A stretch of DNA of 64,000 nt. It comes from Bilabrum cf. latius. Its lineage: Eukaryota. The stretch's first letter is position 1; each line of letters starts with the position of its first letter. The DNA lies in assembly GCA_965178125.1 (NCBI GenBank), contig CBCXTV010000001.1, forward strand, positions 248,001 through 312,000. The letters are read 5' to 3'. The notes under the pieces are model-generated. The model was not told the origin of the DNA, ran no database searches, and saw only the letters and a list, made by a program, of their open reading frames with translations. The position numbers were made by a program, and so were the translations under genes. Shown here one piece after another: positions 18,465 through 28,281 of this stretch.

Positions 18465-19483
18465 CCTCGACCACGACCATGTCAGGGGCGAACGCGACTT
18501 CGTCAACCTCGAGCACGACCATCCCAGCGGCGAACGCGGCTTCCTCGATGGGATCCCTGACCCCGACGAAGCTTCCCCGACCTCGGCCACGTGAACCTGC
18601 AGGCGCATTCTTGCCCGATGTGCCCGCGCAGGTGGCGGCCTGCACGGCGTGGGCGCCACCGTTTCGTCGACCAGACAGCTCAGCCACTCCGGCGACGCGC
18701 GAGGCGGCAACGTCCACGTGCATCAATCCGTGGACCGCTCTCTCCTGGTATCCGACACCACCGCAGCCGACGGACCCCCCTTCCGACAGGCCTCGCGAGG
18801 TACCGAACCGGAGCTCCCGGCAGCAGCGCAGGCGTCATGCTTGGGGCGGCACGTGGGTGTTCGACGACGCCATTACGCTCAGCGATTGCGGGTCGAGGGT
18901 GCAGATCGACGCGCCGCAGTCGAAGCTCTTGGCGATGGTCCTGCCCCGGAAGTCGGGCCAGTGGATTCCTCGTAGGCTGCGCTCGCGTACGATCTGGTAT
19001 TTGGCTGGGGAGCAGTCGGCCGTGATCACCAACCTCAAGTGCCAGGCCTGCAGTCGGGTCAAGCACGCGGACAGCTTCAACCCGAAGAGCTTGCGTCGGG
19101 CTCAGTACTCGTTGCTGCATTCCCTGTGGCCCGGCTACATACGACGTACCGAGCGGTCTATTTGGTGCACGCAGTGTGCGGTGGAGGACCAGTTGATGCA
19201 GGGCAACTTTCCGGACGGCTACTGTTTCCGGATCCGCGCCACACTCGAAATTTGCCATCAAGATCGCGTCGCGGCCAAGCTGTTTGCAGTGCACGACAGT
19301 AACGCTCTCTTCGAGCAGATCCCGCTGAGCTCCCGTGCGGCCATGGACGTGGCGGAGCAGTTGCGCCGATACTGGCAGGATGCCGTGTCCTCAGACGGCC
19401 AGAGCAACATCTTCCACAGCGACCACGTTTCGACAGACGACGACTCTGAGTTCGCACCGGGCGGACCGGAGAGCGTGCCGTGA
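18419..19483 (+). CDS. Hypothetical protein, S/T/P-rich N-terminus and one zinc-finger-like module
   Basis: LKCQACSRVKHADSF...IWCTQC; overlaps transposase end by 46 nt; conserved in paralogous mosaic fragments. Confidence 0.6.
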   Translation: MDPPRSRSPLGGHAVTSTTTMSGANATSSTSSTTIPAANAASSMGSLTPTKLPRPRPREPAGAFLPDVPAQVAACTAWAPPFRRPDSSATPATREAATSTCINPWTALSWYPTPPQPTDPPSDRPREVPNRSSRQQRRRHAWGGTWVFDDAITLSDCGSRVQIDAPQSKLLAMVLPRKSGQWIPRRLRSRTIWYLAGEQSAVITNLKCQACSRVKHADSFNPKSLRRAQYSLLHSLWPGYIRRTERSIWCTQCAVEDQLMQGNFPDGYCFRIRATLEICHQDRVAAKLFAVHDSNALFEQIPLSSRAAMDVAEQLRRYWQDAVSSDGQSNIFHSDHVSTDDDSEFAPGGPESVP

Positions 19484-19683
19484 GGGACCGCAGCGACAGT
19501 AGCGTCGCTTAGGTGAGGAGCGGGTGCCAATGCTCTTTTGAAAATGGTGTGTCGTACGTACGGCAGGAGCCGTCGGTGGGAGCGGGGCGGATCCTGCGGG
19601 AAGTCGTGGAGACTGAGGGCAGAGACTCTCGGGTCGGTCAGGGTCTCATGTAACGTGCTGTTCACCGCAGAGGTATGTGCGGA

Positions 19684-19936
19684 TCTTGGTGGATCTCTCG
19701 AGGACATGGGTGGCATACCGTTGTGCATCCGTTCCCCGGGGGGGGCGGTCGCAGAAGAGTGCACACGAAAACAAGAGGAAAGGAGACCAACCCCCCAAAC
19801 CCACGTAGTGCGATCCTGGGGGGTACCCTATAAGGTACTAAGAATCCTTCTCCCGAAAATCGCACTACCTCGGGCCACAACGTCTTGGTGGATTCCTCGA
19901 GGACATGGGTGGCATACCGTTGTGCATCCGTTCCCC
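19684..19936. repeat. Second copy of the origin-like stem-loop (19738-19868) between 54-bp direct repeats
   Basis: 19738-19868 matches 8341-8466; GTAGTGCGAT 19805-19814 / ATCGCACTAC 19859-19868; flanks 19684-19737 and 19883-19936 nearly identical. Also at ~46885-47137 and ~60719-60971. Confidence 0.9.
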
Positions 19937-22703
19937 GTCGCTCCCTAACGTCTTCAGTGGCAGGTTCGGAAAAGACACCTCCGTAGGCACGCGACAAGTC
20001 CCGGTGAAGCGGGCTCGCACCGCGCTGGGCGGGAGATCGTGAGCGCTTAGAGGACCGGAGCTTTCGGGCGGGTGCGTGTCTCGACAAACTCCCTCTTGAC
20101 CACGGGCGGGGAACGTGTAGGGCGGAAGCTAAAGACACCGTAAGTAGCGGAGGGCTAACATTCCGTCCTTCGGTGAGAGCCAAAAGTTCGAGTCTGCGAG
20201 AGACTATTATACGAAGTTCTCCCCTCCTCATACGTGCGCATAGCCTCCTCACGCGGTAGCGCGAGCGCGGGACCCGGACCTGTCCCTGATGGGCGTGAAT
20301 CTGAACCCGGCGTACTCTCCTAGTCTGTCACTTCCACGACCTTGTTGTCGCGGAACCACTTGCACGGAGAGGAACCTGTCGTTCAAGCGGGTGCAGCCGG
20401 ACGCGCAGGTGTAGTGCATCGCCTTGCATATGTGCACGGCCAAGTAGATGCCGGAACCGTAGAGGTATCACACTTCCCGCGGAGCTTGGGTGGGTCTTTC
20501 GCTGCTGTCGTCTGCTCCAGAAGGTTTGCGCCAAAAACCGGAAAACTTCTAAGACAGAGGTGGGATGCCAGGAGCTCACGGTCCTGCCGGATTGGGGAGG
20601 TCCATGCCCACGCGAGCCGGGTACGCGTCCAAATCAACGCACAGAGCGGGAGCTGAGGGCGCCAAGGACGCTCACTGTCAGGCACACACAACGCGCACAG
20701 AATTCGTCATTTCGCGTTCAAAGCCTGCCAACGACGTGGCGCTTGGCGAAATGTGGTGGGTGGCGAAGATGTGGTACTTCGCCGTGCCTTTCTCTATGAC
20801 GGCCAAGCGTGCACTCGCCATCGCGCTCGGACGCCACAGGAAGAGATCCCAGCTCGCAGCTCCGCCGCCTCATCCAGGAGTAAGGCGAAGTCGAATCGTG
20901 AATAGCGCTTCGCACCTTCACAGAGCCGAGGATCACAGATAGGCCCCGCCTCACAGAACCCAGCGCCATAGGGCAGAGCGTGAAGTACCTGGCCGCTTGG
21001 CTTGGCCGGACCCCCGCCCGCCCTCCGCCGGCAGCTCCTCCCGTCCGTCCCTATGGAGGCAGATCCGCGTACCCATGCTGCGGCGGGATCCTGACACAAT
21101 CCGCTCCTCTTAGTGTGTGGCCGTGGGGCATGAGTGGAGCAGCATCGGGCCCTCACCAGCCGTGGAACGGAAGCAGCTCTCCGTGCGGCAGCTGTGCGAT
21201 GCACAGACCTCGTCCCAAAGATACGGATCCATTTTGCCGTCTTCCCGCGCATACTGCATCGCTCTGCAAAACTGCATTGCGCAGTGGATCCCCGAGCGTC
21301 GACTGCCAATAGCAGGCGGCCTCGCAAGGCCTTCATGGACGCAGGATTTGGGCTTCTTCATCGTAAATTTGGGGTCTGCTCAGCGCGCGAAAATTCCAAC
21401 GCTTCAAAATGATCCGGACGTCGCGAGAAGGGAACTCGTTGCTTGCTCACCTGTGCGGAGGGGTTGGATGCCCGATGTGCTAAAGAGAGGATACTGTCCG
21501 TCGGCGTTCTCTCTTCACCTTGTGCGGAAGGGTTGGGTGCCTGATTTCAGACAGAGAAGGTCTCGTCCGTTGGGAGCGCTTAGGAATACTTCCGGATGGG
21601 GCGTCCAGACGCGGTCCAGGACCTCCAGCTCGTCGGGGTCAATGTCGCCCGCGCCGTCCGTGCCTTTGACGCCTCTGGATCGATGATGCCCACGATCTTT
21701 GTCATCTCGGACGACACACGTCCCAGCTGCTCTTTGGTAGTGCATTACCTCATTGACCCCGAAGCGTTGAATATTTAATGAAGACCCTTCGGAAGCTGGC
21801 GAAGTTTGTCAGCTTGTCGGAGCGCAGCCTGGGTCCTTGTCAACAAACATGGAGGGTTTCGGGGCGGATTTCCAGCGTTCCGCCTTGATATCGAGTGCAC
21901 CTCGAGGTCGGGATCGAAGCGGGGCGGGCGGTTCGTCATCCTCTGTGATACGCTTAGGAGGCGCCGACTTGATGCCCACCTTGTCCCCCAATCACTCCAG
22001 ACGTAACTGGGGAACTCTTCCCGTCGTGGGCCGGGTACGCCTCCGAATCCCACGCGAGCCGTTCCCCACGGCGCACCGATAAGCGCCGCTGCAAGCGTAC
22101 CAAGAGGGGCGTACCAAGAGGTGCTTCCTTCGCTCGGCAGTGTGGCACTTCAAGCAGTAGAATGTGCCACTCCCAGCACGTAGGTGGAGTTTGCGAGCTG
22201 CCGGCCGACATGCTCGTGTGGTGACCTCCGGCGCACCGATAAGTGCCGCTGCAAGCGCACCAATACTACTTCGCTTGGGAGCGAGGCACTTTAAGCAATG
22301 CAGTGCGCCGGTTTTCGTGCACGCCCAGTCGCGCGGACGCCGCAGGTGGCTTGGCCGTAGGATAGAATTAGTGGCGGGTCGGTTTTGCATGTCTTCCCTC
22401 TCCTCTTGATATGGTACACAAAGGCAAGAGCCTGACGATGCAGACGGAACTCCTGGATTTCACCGCCACATTCCTAGTCAAGACAGCCCTCGACTAAACA
22501 GACGCCGAGTTATCTTGAGCAGCATCCCACGACGCAGTGATGTGGACGGCAAGGGTGATGCCATGCTTTCCGGGCCTCCCATGTGACCGCTTTTTGCGTA
22601 CCGAAACACTTTCCGGGGTCGACGCCCCGGCGGAACACGCCGGCGCGGCGGCAAGCGTCGATGTTGCGGGCGGCCCAGCCATGAGGTACATGATCAAGTA
22701 CAC

Positions 22704-22990
22704 GGAAAGCACGCAGAGCGTCGTCAATCCGTTCGTGAGCCGCGAGTTCCAAAAGGTCTTCGAGACATCCGCCCGGAAAGCACGCAGAGCATCGTCAATC
22801 CGTTCGTGAGCCGCGAGTTCCAGAAGGTCTTCGAGCACATCCCCCCGGAAAGCACGCAGAGCATCGTCAATCCGTTCGTGAGCCGCGAATTCCAGAAGGT
22901 CTTCGAGCACATCCCCCCGGAAAGCACGCAGAGCATCGTCAATCCGTTCGTGAGCCGCGAATTCCAAAAGGTCTTCGAGCACATCCCCCG
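22704..22990 (+). repeat. 60-bp tandem repeat derived from the GT gene (ESTQSIVNPFVSREFQKVFEHIP)
   Basis: CGGAAAGCACGCAGAGCATCGTCAATCCGTTCGTGAGCCGCGA.TTCCA.AAGGTCTTCGAGCACATCCCCC units; homologous to 6112-6183; further arrays at ~23273, ~49910, ~50753, ~63744. Confidence 0.9.
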
Positions 22991-25900
22991 GATGATGTCG
23001 AGCATGCGGACGCCCTGCTCCGGATGATGTCGGCCATGCGGACGCTCTTCCCAGACCTTGCGCGGCAGCGGGACGAAAATGGAGCTCTCCCTGCACCGCA
23101 AGCACGCCGGAAACCTGGTGCACTTCCACGTGTGCATGACGGACTCCGAGAGGTCGCATCGTTGTCGCGTGGCGGAGGATTTCATTTGGGCCGGCAGCAG
23201 GCCGAATGTCGTGTACGGCTTTAAGGTACCGAACCGGAGCTCCCGGCAGCAGCGCAGGCGGAGACATCCGCCCGGAAAGCACGCAGAGCATCGTCAATCC
23301 GTTCGTGAGCCGCGAGTTCCAGAAGGTCTTCGAGCACATCCCCCCGGAAAGCACGCAGAGCATCGTCAATCCGTTCGTGAGCCGCGAATTCCAGAAGGTC
23401 TTCGAGCACATCCCCCCGGAAAGCACGCAGAGCATCGTCAATCCGTTCGTGAGCCGCGAATTCCAAAAGGTCTTCGAGCACATCCCCCGGATGATGTCGA
23501 GCATGCGGACGCCCGGCTCCGGATGATGTCGGCCATGCGGACGCTCTTCCCAGACCTTGCGCGGCAGCGGGACGAAAATGGAGCTCTCCCTGCACCGCAA
23601 GCACGCCGGAAACCTGGTGCACTTCCACGTGTGCATGACGGACTCCGAGAGGTCGCATCGTTGTCGCGTGGCGGAGGATTTCATTTGGGCCGGCAGCAGG
23701 CCGAATGTCGTGTACGGCTTTAAGGTACCGAACCGGAGCTCCCGGCAGCAGCGCAGGCGGCATGCTTGGGGCGGCACGTGGATCTTCGACGACGCCATTA
23801 CGCTCAGCGATTGCGGGTCGAGGGTGCAGATCGACGCGCCGCAGTCGAAGGTCTTGGCGATGGTAATGCCCCGGAAGTCGGGCCAGTGGATTCCTCATAG
23901 GCTGCGCTCGCGTACGATCTGGTATTTGGGTGGGGAGCAGTCGGCCGTGATCACCAACCTCAAGTGCCAGGCCTGCCCCGGAAGTCGGGCCAGGGCATTC
24001 TCCGAGTCTCTTTGCCGATGATGTCTGAGGAGAAACCGTCCGAGAGCATTGCTGTTTCCTTGGGAGACGGCCGCAATCTTCGTGGGCGTCAAGGCGCCGG
24101 TAATATGGGAAACGAGGGCGGCATGTTGGCGCGCGAGGTCGACGCCCCGGCGGAGGGGGGGGGCCGTACGTGCCGTGACAGGTCGCGCCGGAGCCGGCGG
24201 AGGAGGCGACATGGACTTGCAACGCGTGCCAGGGCCTAAGCCCCGGTCAGAGTACTTCAAGAAGTGGAAGGACTGGATCCAACCAGTTTGCCGGGTGTGT
24301 TACGACAAGTTCGACAGCGCGACGCCGTGGTGGGTGAGGTGCAAGAACTGCAAAAACGAGTTTCCGGCGTACCGATTTCCCCAGATCCGCCGGAAGAGGG
24401 ACGGGCCTCGATCTCGGAAAGGGCGGGAGTCCGTTCTTGCATTCGGAATGGGCGGGGAGTTGCTTTTCCTGGGAGCATGTGCGAGATTCCTTCTCCGCGG
24501 GTCCTCTTTCGGCTTCGGCAGTCAGCAGCGCACTCTGCGGGAACGGCATTCTCCGAGTCTCTTTGCCGATGATGTCTGAGGAGAAACCGTCTGAAAGCAT
24601 TGCTGTTTCCTTGGGAGACGGCCGCAATCTTCGTGGGCGTCGAGGCGCCGGTGATATGGGAAACGAGGGCGGCATGTTGGCGCGCGAGGTCGACGCGCCG
24701 GCGGAGCACGCCGGCGCGGCGGCAAGCGTCGATGATTCGGGCGGCCCCCACATCGAGAGCGGCGGCGCGGAGGCGGCGTCCACGGGGATGCTCGGAGAGG
24801 AGAGCGGCAAGGCAGCGCCGAAGGAGGACGCCGAAGACGACGGCGGCAAGAAGACGGAGGAGGAGGATGCTCGCGGCGGTGGACGTGCTGTGGTGCCCGG
24901 AGGTAATGACGACGTATGGACCGACGCAGCAGCTTGGAAGGCGGGTGGCGGCGTGGCAGCCGGGGCGGTCTCTGGCGCTGATAGCTGGGCTCTATGGGGG
25001 ACCCCTGCGAAGTCGTCATGGGGGGAGACGTACGTGCCGCGGCAGGTCGCGTCGGAGCCGGCGGAGGAGGCGACATGGACTTGCAACGCGTGCCAGTGCT
25101 GCAAGCCCCGGTCGGCGTACTTCAAGAAGTGGAAGGACTGGATCCAACCAGTTTGCCGGGTGTGTTGCGACAAGTTCGACAACGCGACGCCGTGGTGGGT
25201 GTGGTGCAAGAACTGCAAAAACGAGTATCCGGCGTACCGATTTCCCCAGATCCGCCGGAAGAAGGAGAACTTGCGCTATTTCTTCCCTGAGGACTGGTGC
25301 GCGAAGTGCCTGGTTGCGCGTGGCTGGAGTCTCCATGATGTCCGTTCCTCTGCGGGTGAAGCGAAGCGTTGGGTGCCAAAAGCTGGCGCGAATACCGGTG
25401 ACGGCGACAACGACGCTCGTGCTCCCGCACGCGACGAGCTTCCTGCAGGAGGCGCCGCCTCCTGCAGCAACGCCGTGCATCAGAGTTCTTCGCGTGACGA
25501 GGCCTTGGATGACATCAACCGGGCCATGGAGCTTCTCCGGAATGCGGAGAAATTCATCTCCGCGATGCCATCGTGCATGCAGTGTGCGGTGCAGGACCAG
25601 TTGATGCAGGGCATCGTCAAAGACCAGGCCCTCTTGGATATCTTCTCCGGCAAGATAACGGACTGGATCAAATACCATCCGGCCACTCTTGGGGCGATCC
25701 AATCCTATCGAAACGCATGGCTGTGGGCCGACGGAATGGCTCATGGTTGTCGAGGATGATATCGAACCTCGCGAAGCATGCGTGGATCGGCTACTCGTAG
25801 TTCTTCACGCCATCGCGAAACCCCAAGGTGACGCAGATGGCCATGTTAGCGGGGTCAGAAGCACCGAGAATGGTCAGCCTCCAGCGCGGAAACTCACCTC

Positions 25901-26418
25901 ATGCACAACTGCGAGCGCCTCTTGGACGTGCGGACCTATCCGGCGCACTGGGTAGACAACACATTTGTGGTCCCCTTCCACGTGGGCATGGGCCTAAAGT
26001 GGTATCTCATCAGCCCGGAGGGGAGGAAGGCGCTCCTGAAGATGCGGATCCCGAACCGAAGCTTCGAACGCTGCGTCTGGCGCCGCATCTTCGACACGTT
26101 CCAAGGGCCGGTATGTAATGTCCGTCGTGATGTCCGTGTGCGCGGCCCTGAGTTGGGGGGTTGTCTCGTCTGGGAAAAAACAGAGCGCGTGCCCATCTCC
26201 TACGAAGACTTGTGCGGTGTTCACGAGCACGCCGGCGAAACCTCGAGTTTTGGCATCAAGATCGTGTCGCGGCCAGGCTGTACGACGGCGGCAAGAAGAC
26301 GGAGAAGGAGGATGCTCACGGTATCGCCCTGATCATCTGCACGACTTCGTGGGGCTCCATGACGTAACGGCGAGCGAGAACATTGACTGGTGGCGTGGCT
26401 GGAGGATCTCGGGAACAC

Positions 26419-26585
26419 ACGGCGGGCGAGCCGTTTTTCAAAAGGAGCACGGGTCCTTCGGGACGCCATTTCACTTACGGCGGGCGAGCCGTTTTCCGAA
26501 TGGTGCGGGGGTCCTACTGATGCACACGGCGATCGCTGGTTCACTCACGGCGGGCGAGCCGTTTTCCGAATGGTGCGGAGTCCTC
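26419..26585. repeat. Three ACGGC-GGGCGA-GCCGT-TTT mini-hairpin repeats
   Basis: At 26419, 26477, 26547; five copies in unit 2 (52588-52875) through a 139-bp duplication. Confidence 0.85.
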
Positions 26586-27098
26586 CAGATGACCACGGTG
26601 ATGGGTGGCAGCATGTCATAGGCGCGCCGTCGGAAGCTTCCCCTTCGAGTGCTGCCTAAAACTGAGAAACCTGGAGATCCTAGCATCGTATGGAGGCAAG
26701 AGGTAACACCTTGGGGTCCGTTCTCCGCTTCAATTCCTGTCCCAAATCCGATTCCCATTTCGAGACCGAAAAAGGTGACCCGGAAAACGACGGTACTTAT
26801 TTCTGAACCGTTTTCCGGACGCTTTCCGGGTCTCCCATGTGACCGCTTTTTGCGTACCGAAACACGTTCCGCGCGTGAGGAGCAGATGCGGATCTCCGCG
26901 GGGTCCTATTTGTGTCTTTTTTCGGGGACGAAATCGGGCGCACTTCTCGTGCCGATTTGTGGTCGTCTCTGAAACCGGCTGCGAGTCGGGAAAGGTGCCC
27001 GAGATGCTTGTGTCCTTGGCTTCGTATTTCTCCGCATATTCTTCAAACGCGGGCGGCAGTGGCTCCTGCGCGGGAGCTTCCCGAGTGGGTCCGTCGTG

Positions 27099-27295
27099 CA
27101 GTGCGCTGGGTAGGTCCGCAGGTCAAGGAGGCGCTCGCAGTTATAGACGTAGGTGGAGTTTGCGAGCTGCCGGCCGACATGCTCATGTGGTGACCGGAGG
27201 TCACCACATGAGCATGTCGGCCGGCAGCTCGCAAACCCCACCTGCGTCTATAACTGCGAACGCCTCCTTGACCTGCGGACCTACCCAGCGCACTG
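27099..27295. repeat. Long hairpin/palindrome, 97-bp arms with 3-nt GGA loop
   Basis: 27099-27195 is the reverse complement of 27199-27295 with 3 mismatches; loop 27196-27198. Confidence 0.95.
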
Positions 27296-27379
27296 AGCAG
27301 ACAACGCATTTGTGGTCCCCCTCCACGTCGGCATGGGCTTGAAGTGGTACCTCAGGAGGATTTCACTTGCGCCGGCCCC

Positions 27380-28281
27380 CAGGATTTCGCCAAAAATGGC
27401 CGATCCGCACAAGGAATTTAAGTTGCGGCGACACAGCTCGGACCCTGGCTTTTTTTTGGCTGTTTCGGGGCCCCAAGAGGGCTCCCGGCCCCAAAAAGGG
27501 CAAAACGCGAGGTTGTGGTGGAAAAAATGGGCCCCAAGGAGTCTCCAAACGACGCAAAACGCCACGTTGTGGTGGATTTTAGAGCCCCTAAATCGCCCAA
27601 AAAAGACGCAAAACGCCACGTGGTGGTGGATTTTAGAGCCCCTAAATCGCCAAAAAAGACGCAAAACGCCACGTTGTAGTGGATTTTAGAGCCCCTAAAT
27701 CGCCCAAAAAAGACGCAAAACGCCACGTTGTGGTGTTTTTTTTGAGCGTTTTCGGGGGGCTCGGAAGGGGACCCCCCCAGGATTTGGCCAAAAATGGCCG
27801 ATCCACACAAGGACTTTAAGTTGCGGCGACACAGTTCGGGCCCCGGTTTGTTTTTGCGGTTTGGGGGCCCCGAGAGGGCTCCCGGCCCCAAAAAGGGCAA
27901 AACGCGAGGTTGTGGTGGAAAAATGGGCCCCAGGCAGCCCCAAACGACGCAAAACGCCACGTTGTGGTGGATTTTAGAGCCCTAAATCGCCCAAAAAAGA
28001 CGCAAAACGCCACGTTGTCGTGGATTTTAGAGCCCTAAATCGCCCCAAAGAGACGCAAAACGCCACGTTGTAGTGGATTTTAGAGCCCCTAAACCGCCCT
28101 AAAAAGACGCCAAACGCCACGTTGTGGTGTTTTTTTTGAGCGTTTTGGGGGGGCCCGGAAGGGGACCCCCCCAGGATTTGGCCCAAAATGGCCGATCCAC
28201 ACAAGGAATTTAAGTTGCGGCGACACAGTTCGGGCCCCGGGGTTTGTTTTGCTGTTTGGGGGCCCCAAGAGGGCTCCCGGG
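27380..28281. repeat. Nested 54-bp/395-bp tandem repeat, copy 2
   Basis: Same array as 185-1085. Confidence 0.95.

Larger units (their letters stand above)
22565..27098 (+). pseudogene. Mosaic zone of scrambled gene fragments (GT, Rep, both zinc-finger genes), copy 1
   Basis: Successive blocks match 13187-13231, 13777-13822, 6088-6220, 10165-10199, 10474-10620, 18798-19051, 13496-14638, 19165-19205, 4277-4798, 4991-5115, 11279-11330 (approximate); includes a 499-bp tandem duplication. Confidence 0.9.
1..27195 (+). mobile_element. Composite element unit, copy 1 (Rep + pogo transposase + cargo + mosaic tail)
   Basis: Sequence from base 1 recurs at 27196 and all ORFs from 86 to ~22400 recur at offset 27195-27207 with near identity; encodes HUH-SF3 Rep and DDE transposase. 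Confidence 0.85.

Noticed and set aside
16700-18600. TIRs immediately flanking the transposase ORF
   Set aside because: No inverted repeat with TA duplication was seen close to the ORF, so it is not called a stand-alone pogo element.
20249-22390. Possible minus-strand Cys-rich gene (CLKC repeats, ELEVLDRVWTPHPEVFL)
   Set aside because: Fragmented across frames with indels between copies; may be a pseudogene but no product can be supported.
26419-26585. CRISPR-like hairpin repeats
   Set aside because: Intervening sequences resemble each other, only 3-5 units, no cas genes.
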